Source: Candidatus Marinacidobacterales bacterium (lineage in GTDB: Bacteria; Acidobacteriota; Vicinamibacteria; Marinacidobacterales; DATDRI01). Taken from it: DNA of 64,000 bases. The notes beneath the pieces are model-generated. The model did no database searches. It was not told the origin of the DNA and was given only the letters and a program-made list of their open reading frames with translations. Numbering within the stretch: position 1 is the stretch's first letter; every line of letters begins with the position of its first letter. Both the position numbers and the translations under genes were made by a program. Positions 37,525 through 47,448 of this stretch are shown here, in pieces. The DNA is taken from contig CBDCTW010000023.1 in the NCBI GenBank assembly GCA_965222425.1, positions 129,902 through 193,901 of the forward strand, written 5' to 3'.

Positions 37525-39807
37525 TCAGCGCGCCGTCGGGTCCACCGGCGGCTCGAGAGAAATCGTCGTGCCGGGATAGTAATGAGCCAAGATCTCTTTG
37601 TAATCATACCCCGCGACAGCCATCCCGTAGGCCCCCACCTGACAAAGTCCCACCCCGTGTCCCCATCCGCGGCCGGTGAAAACCCAGGCCGCCGCCTGCA
37701 AGTCCGGCCCCAGCTGGCGATCTACGAAAAACAGGTTCTCGCGGATCCCCAATCCCCACCGGATGCTCAAGCCGGTCAAAACGGTAGAGCCTTTCGTACC
37801 CACCACCTCGAGCTCCGCCACTCGGCCCGAACGGCCGTATCGCAAAGGCCTCAAGTCGGTGACGCTTCCAACCGACGCGCGGGCGTTTACGCTCTCGGTG
37901 AGCTCCGCACTCGTCTTTCGCACCACCCATCGGGAAAAGCGAGAAGAGCGATCGAAACTCCCACCCCGCGATAGCAACACCAAGAGGTCGATGCCCTCGT
38001 CACCGTCGTGAAACTGAACGCGGTCATCCGGCATGACAGACAGATGTGGAGAAAAGTACGTCCAATCTTCTACCCGCCGAAACAAATAGCGTCGACGGGC
38101 GAGCTCCAGCAGTTCCTCCGAATCGTCCACGTCCAACCGCAGCTTGCCGTCCTCGAGGTCGAGAAAGCGGGCCGAGCGCAACAGGGGATCACCGCGAGTG
38201 TTGAGAAGCCGATAGAGACTTTCCAATACCTCGCGCCGAGTCAGCGCTCGTTGCGGATCGAAGCCATCCTTGGAAGGCTGAATCACCCCCTCTTCGATCC
38301 AGTGAGCGAGCATACGTCGCTCTCCCTGAGAAAGGTGGGGAGCATCCTCGGTTGGCACCAAACGGTCGGTATCCAAATTCGACAGCAGAAAAGGAAGTCG
38401 ACCGTCCCAACATAGAGCGCCCACCAGTGAACGGGCGAATTGGCCGGCGCTCACCTGTCCATTTCCTCCCGAAATCGTCTTGCATTGCGTTTGCCCCAAG
38501 CTCCTAAACGCACTCGCGGACCAGCGGGCGAACTCGGTTTCCGTGGCCGGCTGAGACACTTCCAGTGCCGCAAGCTCCTCCTCGGGTATCACACCGAGAG
38601 TCACCGCGCCGGCCAGCTCCAGGCTCAAGGCCTTGGACGCCGCGGCGCGAAGCTCAACGATGGGCGATTCCCGATAACACAGCCGGCTCACGAGGTAAGG
38701 CAAGGAAGGACCGTCGAACACGTTCTCGACGTTTTCCGTTCGTCCGCCGCAGGTCGACGTGTACATCGCGTCCACCGGCTTTCCACCATAGGTCAGCAAC
38801 TCCCCCCGCGTGGCGGCGACGGCCTCGTTGCTCATGCGCTGTTCGTCTCCCGCACCTCGGTAAACCTGGCAGGCCGGCGTATCACATATGTCGAACCCCT
38901 CGGCCATGAACTGCCCACGGTGCTTCACCGCATACGTGCGAGCAGCGACAGCCTGCGCCTTGATGGCTTCGGGCTCAGGAAAGGCTGCCGGCGATAGCTC
39001 TGCGGGAACGACACCCAACAAGTAATCCTCGAGGTTCAACTCGTTGATCACCGTGAAACGATTGGAGGCATTCACACGGATCTCGATCACTCCTCGGTAC
39101 GGCGCCTCGTCCACTTCGAGCCACGCGTTGGACGAGGCGGGCCAGGCCGTCAAGGACATCGCGCTCGTGTAAATGGGAGGAGACTCCGCGGACCGCAGCA
39201 CGAGGCGTCGCGGGCGATGGGAGCTCGAGGGTTCGGAGACGATTCGCAGACCCTCGTAGCCTCTTCGCGCGAGCTCCTCTTTTTCAGCCACTGCCCCCTG
39301 CTCGGTGCTCCAGGTGCCCACACGGACTGCGTACCGCCCGCTACCCGCCTCCCGGGCTATGTCTCCAGAAGTTCCTGTTTCAACTTCGAGCGTTCGCAAG
39401 AGATTCCGCGCCCGTTCGCGGTCTGGGGACGATGCAATTTGGACACGGAAAACGACTCCTTCGGCACCCACCAATACTTCCCTTTCCACGAGCAGATCGT
39501 GTGTCCGTAACTTCTGGTCACCGGCAAACAGGACGAAGGGTTGCGGGGCCGTCAATCGAACCACCTCCGCTCGCGTGGTGAGCCCGACTCGGATCCGGGG
39601 TCGGGGCGCCAAGTGGTCAATAAGAATCGGTGGCGAGAGGACGTCGGTCTCAACCGGACCAGCTGGAACTGTGGCAACCGCGGGAACTGTGGTGGGAGGT
39701 GACGCGAGTGGAGGCGCTTTTCCACCACAGGCAGAGACGACGAACAGCGCAAAGAGAACTGACTTGCGAGGCACTAGAAAAGATCGTAAGGGCGCTCGTT
39801 GTACCAA
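37525..39807 (-). CDS. SpoIID/LytB domain-containing lipoprotein
   Basis: Lipoprotein signal (LFALFVVSACGG) and SpoIID/LytB region (YLLGVVPAELSPAAFPEPEAIKAQAVAARTYAV...CDTPACQVY). Confidence 0.7.
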   Translation of the reverse strand: MVQRAPLRSFLVPRKSVLFALFVVSACGGKAPPLASPPTTVPAVATVPAGPVETDVLSPPILIDHLAPRPRIRVGLTTRAEVVRLTAPQPFVLFAGDQKLRTHDLLVEREVLVGAEGVVFRVQIASSPDRERARNLLRTLEVETGTSGDIAREAGSGRYAVRVGTWSTEQGAVAEKEELARRGYEGLRIVSEPSSSHRPRRLVLRSAESPPIYTSAMSLTAWPASSNAWLEVDEAPYRGVIEIRVNASNRFTVINELNLEDYLLGVVPAELSPAAFPEPEAIKAQAVAARTYAVKHRGQFMAEGFDICDTPACQVYRGAGDEQRMSNEAVAATRGELLTYGGKPVDAMYTSTCGGRTENVENVFDGPSLPYLVSRLCYRESPIVELRAAASKALSLELAGAVTLGVIPEEELAALEVSQPATETEFARWSASAFRSLGQTQCKTISGGNGQVSAGQFARSLVGALCWDGRLPFLLSNLDTDRLVPTEDAPHLSQGERRMLAHWIEEGVIQPSKDGFDPQRALTRREVLESLYRLLNTRGDPLLRSARFLDLEDGKLRLDVDDSEELLELARRRYLFRRVEDWTYFSPHLSVMPDDRVQFHDGDEGIDLLVLLSRGGSFDRSSRFSRWVVRKTSAELTESVNARASVGSVTDLRPLRYGRSGRVAELEVVGTKGSTVLTGLSIRWGLGIRENLFFVDRQLGPDLQAAAWVFTGRGWGHGVGLCQVGAYGMAVAGYDYKEILAHYYPGTTISLEPPVDPTAR

Positions 39808-40970
39808 AATACCAGAACGAACTCGAAGCGGTCGTCAGGATAGTCGGGAGGCAGCGGCAGCAGATCGGCCGCGCGGAGCGCCCCCACCGCAATGTTGTCG
39901 AATCCAGCAGTCCCGGAAGGAATCATGACTTGTAGCGCATCGATGTCACCGTTGCGAACTACCGACACCGCCACCGCGACGTGGCCGTGGCGCCAAGCGA
40001 CCACGGAAGGCATCCCAGCCATCCAAGTGCGACGCACCTCCGCCAACATGCGACGAAGCCAGGGAATGAAATCGGCTCCTTTATCATCGTAGTAAAGCGT
40101 GTTGTCCCGTCCCGTGACCAGCCCGCCCTCCGGGTTGTGAAACTGCTTACCTTGCATGAAGCGACGAATGTCTTCGAACGGCCCGCCGCCGCCGTCCTCA
40201 CCTAGATCACCGTTGCCGCCGGCCAGGGGAAGTGGTGTTCGTGGCTCGGGCGCAAGGCGCGGGTCCTTAAACGAGAACCCGTCTTTCGGAAGTAGATCGG
40301 CAAGCTTCGTCTCCGTCAGATCGTCTCCTTCTCCCTCGCCCTCAAGAGCCTCTGGATCGCCTTCATCACCCTCCTCACCGGGGTCCTCGAGCTCTTTTTC
40401 GGTATAGAACTCGTCGATATTGCCTTCCGAGAATGGCAAATCGGTCTGGAAATCCTGTTGTTTGTCAGGCGGGGCGGGCTTCGTCGCTTTAGGAATCATC
40501 ATTCGATTGGGATTCTGAGACCGAAGAGGAGGAGGAAGCGCGGGTACGACAAGCGGCGAAGCAGGAGTGGGAGCGGGCGGCTCCATGAACAAGACCAGAC
40601 GCTCCTTTTCCTTTTCACGCATGTTGAGCGCGCGATCGGAGCGGGCTAGCAGATCGGGTTTCACGATCACTATGATGAAGATCATCAAGTGGAGAACGGT
40701 CGAAGCGAGCAATCCTTCTCGACGGCTGCTGCCGAGTGCAATGCCTTCTGGAACCGCGAGCTCGACGCTGCCGCCCTCGGCCGGACCGAGAAGTTGCGGG
40801 AAAAGCAACTGCTCGCGATCGGCAAGAGAGATGAAGGCCTCGAACCCGAGTCCATGTTCAGGAGACTCTACGTGGGCTTGGCTCTTGCGCGCTCTTCTCT
40901 TCGGCGCAGCCGGCGAACCGCGACGGATACCGGCGAGCTGTCTTCCATGTCCGTACGCGGTGCGGTGCAA
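39774..40970 (-). CDS. TonB-family energy transducer (Glu/Gly/Pro-rich linker, TonB C-terminal domain); true start probably internal
   Basis: TM helix (VLHLMIFIIVIV), an acidic low-complexity linker, and a C-terminal TonB-like fold (VAVSVVRNGDIDALQVMIPSG). Confidence 0.6.
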   Translation of the reverse strand: MHRTAYGHGRQLAGIRRGSPAAPKRRARKSQAHVESPEHGLGFEAFISLADREQLLFPQLLGPAEGGSVELAVPEGIALGSSRREGLLASTVLHLMIFIIVIVKPDLLARSDRALNMREKEKERLVLFMEPPAPTPASPLVVPALPPPLRSQNPNRMMIPKATKPAPPDKQQDFQTDLPFSEGNIDEFYTEKELEDPGEEGDEGDPEALEGEGEGDDLTETKLADLLPKDGFSFKDPRLAPEPRTPLPLAGGNGDLGEDGGGGPFEDIRRFMQGKQFHNPEGGLVTGRDNTLYYDDKGADFIPWLRRMLAEVRRTWMAGMPSVVAWRHGHVAVAVSVVRNGDIDALQVMIPSGTAGFDNIAVGALRAADLLPLPPDYPDDRFEFVLVFWYNERPYDLF

Positions 40971-41088
40971 TGGCGTGTCTCGCGGGACCCTATCGCTCGG
41001 AGTTACCGCATGTGAGGGCCTTCTGGATTATAGCCAGCCGGGATCCTCGCGGCAAGGGACGGGCGCCTGGCCAAACCGATAGCGGCAA

Positions 41089-41166
41089 CGCCATATTTTG
41101 GCGCCAATCACGGTCTAAAAACCGACTGGCTAAAGTTGATTTCTGCGACGGAATATTTTGGCGTCC
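41089..41166. promoter_or_regulatory. Two copies of an AT-rich dyad motif (CGCCATATTTTGGCG / GACGGAATATTTTGGCGTC) upstream of the TonB-family gene
   Basis: Copies lie ~61 nt apart in the 226-nt region upstream of the TonB gene. Candidate operator or promoter elements. Confidence 0.3.
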
Positions 41167-41196
41167 AGCTGGAACTAAGTGGCGCCCGGCGAGGAT

Positions 41197-42162
41197 CTAC
41201 GAGCCACCGTTCTGCCCCATGGCTTCCATCACTCGGTGCGCCAACCGAAGCGCTTTCAGCCCGTCCTCTCCAGAAACGCGGGGCGTGCCGCCAGCGATAA
41301 CCGCCTTCAAAAAGTCTTCCAATTCTCGTTTGAGTGGCTCCTGACTCTCGGTGGGTAGCTTCTGCCGAACGACTTTCAGCCTCCCTTCACCTTTCTCCAA
41401 CCGGTAGGACCACGCTTCCTGAGCCAAGTAGTCCAGAGACACGTAGCTCTCTCGTTCCCAGACCCGCAGCTTTCGCATCTTCTCCTCGGATATGCGGCTC
41501 GCGGTCAAGTTCGCAACGCAGCCAGATTTGAAGCGGAGCCGGGCGTTGGCGATGTCCGCTCTTTCCGTCAAGACCGGCACCCCGATCGCCTCCACGTGTT
41601 GGATGTCGGATCGAACGAGCGAGCTCACCACGTCGAGGTCGTGGATCATCAAATCCAACACCACATCGATGTCCAAGCTCCGCGGGTTGAAAGATGCAAG
41701 GCGATGGACTTCGATGAAGCGAGGATCTTCGCAATAGCCAAGAAGTGCCTCGACCGCGGGGTTGTATCGTTCGGTGTGACCAACCCCGAGGACCCTTTGG
41801 TTCTCCCGGGCCGCGTCTATCATTTCTTCCGCCTCATCCAAGGCCGCGGCCATCGGCTTTTCGACCAAGACGTCTGTCCCCGCCTGCATGAGGTCGACCG
41901 CGACTTCGCGGTGGGCGATGGTGGGTACGGTGACGCTTGCGGCTCGAACGCGAGAGAGAAGCTCGCGGTAATCCGTCGTAGCCGCTACCCCGTACTTGTC
42001 GGCGACCGAGCGGGCTCGATCGAGATCGATATCCGCAACGCCGATTAGCTCCGCCTGAGGTAGATCGGCGTAGACACGAGCGTGGCGACTCCCCAGAGCG
42101 CCAACCCCGACGACAGCCACCGGGACCGGACCCTCACCGCCCGAACCACTGTTTCCACTCAC
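41197..42162 (-). CDS. Gfo/Idh/MocA-family NAD(P)-dependent oxidoreductase, in lipid A gene context
   Basis: N-terminal Rossmann (VAVVGVGALGSRHA) and the typical Gfo/Idh/MocA C-terminal domain. Confidence 0.8.
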   Translation of the reverse strand: MSGNSGSGGEGPVPVAVVGVGALGSRHARVYADLPQAELIGVADIDLDRARSVADKYGVAATTDYRELLSRVRAASVTVPTIAHREVAVDLMQAGTDVLVEKPMAAALDEAEEMIDAARENQRVLGVGHTERYNPAVEALLGYCEDPRFIEVHRLASFNPRSLDIDVVLDLMIHDLDVVSSLVRSDIQHVEAIGVPVLTERADIANARLRFKSGCVANLTASRISEEKMRKLRVWERESYVSLDYLAQEAWSYRLEKGEGRLKVVRQKLPTESQEPLKRELEDFLKAVIAGGTPRVSGEDGLKALRLAHRVMEAMGQNGGS

Positions 42163-42169
42163 TGGCGAC

Positions 42170-43016
42170 CTATACCGCTCCGATGACGACGATTTTGGCG
42201 TCGTTGGCCTTCTCGATCAGTGTTTCTCGCTCCAACAGTAGACTCTTCTCTGCCTGCAGAGCCAACACCGCACAGCCGAGATCGGCCATGACTTCAATTG
42301 TCCGTGGGCCAACCACCGGCACGTCGAACCGCATGTCCTGAGAGGGCCGAGCTACCTTCGCCACCGTCAAGCCACCGGACACGATGCCGGCCGCCCTCCG
42401 AATGGTCTCGTCCGTTCCCTCCATCGCCTCAACCGCAACCACGGCTCCGCCTCTGACAACCACCGTTTGCCCTATATGGAGTCGCGCCATCTCGCGAGCG
42501 ATTCGCAAACCGAACGCGATGTCTTTTTTCTCTTCCGAGCTCGGTTTTCGCTTTCCCAAAACTCCCTCCGTCGCCACCAAAGCACGCAGCAACGATGTCG
42601 AGTCCAGCAAATGAATGCCTTCCTCTGCCAGCACATCGGCCACCGCGCTGAGTATCGCATCGGTGTTTCGAGACTTCATTCGCGACAAGACGCGAAGCAG
42701 CCCCGGATCGGGCCGGAGGAAGCGAAAGATCTTCTTGTGCCTGACCTGCCCGGCCATGATTGCCCGACTCACTCCCGCCTTCTTGAATAACTTGATGCAG
42801 CGACTGACCTCCCCGAAGCCGATCCAGTGCACGATGGCTCCGTGATCCTCGATGCGGGAGTCGGCCTCTCCCTCGATGGCGAGTGCGACGACCTCGAAGC
42901 CGCGCCGACGCGCTTCGTCCAGAACAAGCAACGGGAATTCGCCATTGCCGGCGATGAGGCCGAGCGTGCTGTGGGGAGGTATCGGTTGGCTATCGGCAGG
43001 CTCGGAAGAGCTCAAA
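42170..43016 (-). CDS. lpxI: UDP-2,3-diacylglucosamine hydrolase LpxI (DUF1009); start uncertain (TTG ~43016)
   Basis: LGLIAGNGEFPLLV N-terminal signature in the conserved position after lpxA. The ORF-track start at 43342 overlaps lpxA by 330 nt and is not credible. Confidence 0.6.
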
Positions 43017-43827
43017 CCGGTTCGCCCCGCTCTCGGCCGCGCTTGATCACTACCCCCCTCTTGGAGGAGCGGATGAAGTCCACCAGGAGACGGACGTCCC
43101 CGCTCGCCATTTCCGCTTCCAGACGAGCGAGGGCCTGCGAGACGGTGAGCTTCGACTGCTGCAGGACGCGAAACGCATGACGGAGATCGGAAATGCGTTC
43201 TCGAGAGAATTGACGCCGCGCCAAACCCACGGTGTTGATTCCGTACAGGCGGGCGCGATTGCCGACCGTTCGCGAGAATGGCAACACGTCTTGAGTCACA
43301 ACGGTGTAACCACCGACGAAGGCATAGGGACCGACGCGACAAAACTGATGAACCCCGCTATAGGCGCCGATGGTCGCGTCATCTTCCACGAGCACATGGC
43401 CGGCCAGGGTCGCGCCATTCGCAAAGACGGTGGAATTGCCGATGATGCAATCGTGGGCGATATGGGTGTAGGCCATGAAGAGGTTGGAGTCACCAATAAC
43501 CGTGCGGCCTCCTCCCCCTGTGGTCCCGCGATGAATGGTCACGAACTCACGAAATACGTTTTCGCTGCCGATCTCGAGCGTGGATTTTTCGCCTCGGAAC
43601 TTCAGGTCCTGGGGCTCCAAGCCGATCGACGCAAACGGGAACACCCGACAACGCTCCCCGATCGTCGTATAACCATCTACGACCGAATTCACTTCCACCA
43701 TCGTGTCCCGGCCAATAGTGACGTGCTCGCCAATCACGGCGTACGCACCGACACGCACTCCGTCCGCCAGCCGGGCTTCGGGGTGGACGATGGCGGTGGG
43801 ATGACACTCTACCGTCGCGGCTCTCAT
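43012..43827 (-). CDS. lpxA: Acyl-ACP--UDP-N-acetylglucosamine O-acyltransferase
   Basis: 271 aa; left-handed beta-helix hexapeptide repeats with an LpxA C-terminal helical domain. Confidence 0.9.
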   Translation of the reverse strand: MRAATVECHPTAIVHPEARLADGVRVGAYAVIGEHVTIGRDTMVEVNSVVDGYTTIGERCRVFPFASIGLEPQDLKFRGEKSTLEIGSENVFREFVTIHRGTTGGGGRTVIGDSNLFMAYTHIAHDCIIGNSTVFANGATLAGHVLVEDDATIGAYSGVHQFCRVGPYAFVGGYTVVTQDVLPFSRTVGNRARLYGINTVGLARRQFSRERISDLRHAFRVLQQSKLTVSQALARLEAEMASGDVRLLVDFIRSSKRGVVIKRGRERGEPV

Positions 43828-44264
43828 GCGGGATCCACTGCGGTTAGCATTAGCTGGGCCTCCGCGACGAGCTGACCATCGACCTCGGCGCGACCCTCCA
43901 GTTTTCGAAAGTTGCCTCGTGCCCTGGTCACGCTCAGCTCGATGGTGAGCCGATCTCCCGGAACGACCGTGCGCCGAAACTTCGCGTGCTCGACGCCGAC
44001 AAGGTAAAAGGTCTTCCCCGCCGCGCTGCCGTCCTCGGGAAGAACTAGGATCCCGCCCGCTTGCGCCATAGCCTCCAATATGAGGACGCCTGGCATCAAA
44101 GGCAGGCCGGGAAAGTGTCCCTGGAAGAATTCCTCGTTAAAAGTGACGTTCTTGATGGCGACGATGCGCCGCCCCGGATCGAGCTCGAGCACTCGATCCA
44201 CCAGCAAAAGGGGGTAACGGTGCGGAAGCCGCTCCATGATTTGCTGAATGTCGAGCCCGGGCAC
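43824..44264 (-). CDS. fabZ: 3-hydroxyacyl-ACP dehydratase
   Basis: 146 aa; hotdog fold with the [27 protein letters not shown] motif. Confidence 0.9.
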   Translation of the reverse strand: MPGLDIQQIMERLPHRYPLLLVDRVLELDPGRRIVAIKNVTFNEEFFQGHFPGLPLMPGVLILEAMAQAGGILVLPEDGSAAGKTFYLVGVEHAKFRRTVVPGDRLTIELSVTRARGNFRKLEGRAEVDGQLVAEAQLMLTAVDPA

Positions 44265-44285
44265 AAGGACGGAGTCCTGACGAGG

Positions 44286-44927
44286 CTAATTCTGCGGTGG
44301 TTCCGATGGAGGCGGCGGTGAATCCGATGGAGGCGACGACGTCTCCGCTCCTGCGCCAGCCCCAGTAGGCGACGCGGTGTCACCCGCTGGCTCAGAGTTC
44401 AACCGCTGAATGACCAGCGGGGTCAAGTCGAGGTTTGGATCGAGAACAAAGGTGAGTCCAGGTGTGGCACGGAGGATGAGGCCAATGCCAGCTTCCCGAG
44501 CGACCGCTTCCACGATCGGACCGAGCTTGGCCTGGAACGCGGCTTCCTCCTTCTGCTGCTTCTCCTGGAAGCCACGCTGCGCGTCCTCCAGCCAGCGCTG
44601 TGCATCGGTGGTCTTTCGCTCAATCTCGCGTTGCAGACGTGCCTGGGCGTCTTGGGAAAGAACATTCGAAGCGGCCTTGGTCTGCATATCGCGAATCTCT
44701 TGCTCCCGCTGTTGGCGCCCCGCGGCCAACTGGTCGTTCTCTACCCTCAGCTTGTCGAAAAGCTCTTTGCCCGGCTTCGATTCCTGCGCCACCCGATCGA
44801 TATCGATGACGGCGATCTTCACCAGCGGGGTGGCGCCGACTTGTCCTGCGCTCAAGGCTGGCAAGGCGACAACGAAAGCGGCTCCCAGGGCAAACGAAAT
44901 GAACATCATGGCTACTCCTTTTAACAT
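44286..44927 (-). CDS. skp: OmpH/Skp-family periplasmic chaperone
   Basis: Signal peptide plus coiled-coil Gln/Glu/Arg-rich body. Sits between bamA and fabZ. Confidence 0.75.
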   Translation of the reverse strand: MLKGVAMMFISFALGAAFVVALPALSAGQVGATPLVKIAVIDIDRVAQESKPGKELFDKLRVENDQLAAGRQQREQEIRDMQTKAASNVLSQDAQARLQREIERKTTDAQRWLEDAQRGFQEKQQKEEAAFQAKLGPIVEAVAREAGIGLILRATPGLTFVLDPNLDLTPLVIQRLNSEPAGDTASPTGAGAGAETSSPPSDSPPPPSEPPQN

Positions 44928-45011
44928 GATTTTTTGAAACTCCTTGCGAATGTCTTGCTCGGCTCGCCGGCGACCGATATGGATGTCGGCTGAAGACGAA
45001 GCAGCCCGACA

Positions 45012-47432
45012 TCAAAACGTCGAGCCGATGCCGAAACGGAACGCAGTGGTCGGTTGGAAGAACCGCTCCGCGTTCGGATTGTACGCGTAAATCAACCGAA
45101 AAGGCACGTTGAGCATTGGAACCAGGAAACGCATTTCGGCTCCGGTTGATGTGGCAAGCTCATTGAACATCGAGAAACTTATCGTGGTTTCGTCTGTGTA
45201 CGCCTGACCGGCGTCCAAGAATAACACTGCTCGCAGGGGCCCCGCCAGCGGAATATAGTACTCCATGTTGAACAGCATCATCCTGGTACCGCCAACCAAA
45301 ACGGTGACCCCGTCGTTTCTGACGAGCCGCGGCCCCAGTGAGCGGATGTCGTACCCTCGGACCTGGTTCTCCCCTCCCATGAAGAATCGCTCGAAAACTG
45401 GAACACCGTCGATGGTGCCACTTGATGATTCGCCCTCCCCGTCCCCGAAGCCCTGCAGCCAGGAGACCAAGGCCCGGAAACCGAAGCTGGTCCGGCGGGT
45501 AACAGGGAGATAGAAAATACCCTCGAAGGTCGGCTTATAGTAGTCGACCGTTCCTCCCAGCGGTCCCCCAGCAAATGCGAAACTAGCCGTATAGCGCTTG
45601 CCTTTATACGGGTACATGGGATTGTCGACGGTATTGAGGGCGTAAGTAGGCGTAATCCGACTCTGATTGAACTTGCCGAAGTGGCCAAAGAACGGGCTAA
45701 ATAACCGAGAGTTTCCGTAGCCCCCGAGACCCCCGTAGCCCCCGAGACCCCCGAAACCACTGAAGTTGTCGAATAGGTCGGTATCCGGCTCGGCGGTTTC
45801 AATAACGGTATAACCATAATTTATGAAGAACCGGGAGAACCTCTTCAGCGGCACCCCCCAGGTGACATTCGCGCCGGTATCCTTTTGCGTGAATCGGGGC
45901 AATCTGATCGTGCGCTTGAAGACGCTGACCCCCACGGTAATGGGTTTATCAAGAAACCACGGCTCCTGCAGTGAGATCTGGAAGTTCTGGGTCCGCCTCC
46001 CGGTCTGAACCGCGAACGAGGCGGTCTCTCCTCGGCCCAGGAAGTTGGAGGTGGAGAACGACACGCTGATGAAGGCCCCTTCCAAACCGGATACACCGCC
46101 GCCGAAGGAAAACTGGTTCCTATTCTGCTCCTGCACCGGAAGGACGATGTTGAGCTGAGTGTCTTCGCCAGGCACCGGCTCGATCTGGGGAGCCTCGATA
46201 GGCAGGAAGTAACCGAGCTGGTTGATCCGCTGGATGGAGAACTTGAGCAGCTCCATGTTCATCACATCTTGCTCGTTCAGCCAAACCTCGCGCCGAATCA
46301 CTTTGTCCCGGGTAGTGGTGTTCCCTTCGAACTCGATACGATTTACGAAGTATTGCTTGTCCTCTTGCAAGTTGATGGTGACGTCCACGAGATCGGTTTC
46401 CGTCTGAGGCCGTTTGATCGGGAACCCGGTGAACTGAACGTAGCCGCGGGCGCCGTAGAGCTCCCGCAACTTCTCCATCCCTTTGACGATCTTGGACTCA
46501 TTGTAGATCTTTCCAGGTTGCAGCTTGAAGAAGACCTTCACGAACGTATCGGGGAACACCGTCGCCCCATCGACGCTAACCTCACCCACCCGATATTGCG
46601 TACCTTCCGAGACCGGGATGTCTAGCGTGACAAAGCGCTTCTGTGTCTTCCAGAACAGGAATCGCGAGGTACCGTCTTGGTAAGTCACTTCGGGCTCACC
46701 GAAGCTGACATCTACGAAGCCCCTGTTGAGATAAAGCTCCCGCAGCTTTTCAATATCCTCCGCGAACTTCTCCTCGGTAAACAGGCTGCCACCTTGGAGA
46801 AAAGCCATTAGGTGACTTTCCTTAGTTTTCTTCATGCCCCACTTCAGCTGCCATTGAGAGAACTCTTCCGCCCCGACGAAATTGACTCTCTTGATGGTGA
46901 GCTTGCGCTCGTCGTTGATGCTGAACGCAACCCGCACTCCCTTCTCAACATTGGTCACCGTGCTGGACACCTCGCCGTTGGGCAGTCCCTTGTCGTTCAA
47001 CATCTGCCGAATGATCTTCTCTACCCTCACCACCTGGGCGGAGTCGTAGAAGGAGTCCATCTTGATCTCGGCGTCCTCTTCCGTGAGCTTTTCTTCGATG
47101 TCACTTTGACTGAGAGACTTCGAGCCCGCGTACTCGATGGTGCGGACACGCTCACGCTCCTCAACCGTGAAAGTCAAGATCTTGCCCCGCTCCCCGTCGC
47201 GAGTTTCCAAAGTAAGATCGTTCAGGAACCCGGTATTCCAAAGACGCTGAAAATCTGAGAGCGCCTTGTCTTGATCGTACGGGTCGCCGACCTTGGAATT
47301 GATGTGAAAGAGGAAGGTACCTCCGTCGACAGACCGATTTCCAACGATCTCTATTCCTTCGAGGATGTCGCCCCGCGCGAAGAGCCACGCAGGAAAGAGT
47401 AGGCTGGCCACGAGGGTTGCCAGCACATGCAA
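45012..47432 (-). CDS. bamA: Outer membrane protein assembly factor BamA
   Basis: POTRA repeats, a C-terminal beta-barrel, and a terminal Phe (...FGIGSTF). Start placed at TTG 47432; the longer ORF-track start would overlap clpC. Confidence 0.85.
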   Translation of the reverse strand: MHVLATLVASLLFPAWLFARGDILEGIEIVGNRSVDGGTFLFHINSKVGDPYDQDKALSDFQRLWNTGFLNDLTLETRDGERGKILTFTVEERERVRTIEYAGSKSLSQSDIEEKLTEEDAEIKMDSFYDSAQVVRVEKIIRQMLNDKGLPNGEVSSTVTNVEKGVRVAFSINDERKLTIKRVNFVGAEEFSQWQLKWGMKKTKESHLMAFLQGGSLFTEEKFAEDIEKLRELYLNRGFVDVSFGEPEVTYQDGTSRFLFWKTQKRFVTLDIPVSEGTQYRVGEVSVDGATVFPDTFVKVFFKLQPGKIYNESKIVKGMEKLRELYGARGYVQFTGFPIKRPQTETDLVDVTINLQEDKQYFVNRIEFEGNTTTRDKVIRREVWLNEQDVMNMELLKFSIQRINQLGYFLPIEAPQIEPVPGEDTQLNIVLPVQEQNRNQFSFGGGVSGLEGAFISVSFSTSNFLGRGETASFAVQTGRRTQNFQISLQEPWFLDKPITVGVSVFKRTIRLPRFTQKDTGANVTWGVPLKRFSRFFINYGYTVIETAEPDTDLFDNFSGFGGLGGYGGLGGYGNSRLFSPFFGHFGKFNQSRITPTYALNTVDNPMYPYKGKRYTASFAFAGGPLGGTVDYYKPTFEGIFYLPVTRRTSFGFRALVSWLQGFGDGEGESSSGTIDGVPVFERFFMGGENQVRGYDIRSLGPRLVRNDGVTVLVGGTRMMLFNMEYYIPLAGPLRAVLFLDAGQAYTDETTISFSMFNELATSTGAEMRFLVPMLNVPFRLIYAYNPNAERFFQPTTAFRFGIGSTF

Positions 47433-47448
47433 GCCCGGGGTCAAGCGT

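Noticed and set aside
42170-43342. 390-aa version of the LpxI ORF with a long N-terminal extension
   Set aside because: The extension overlaps the lpxA coding region by 330 nt in another frame and is Ser/Arg/Pro-rich. The true LpxI start is downstream of the lpxA stop, with a TTG candidate at ~43016.
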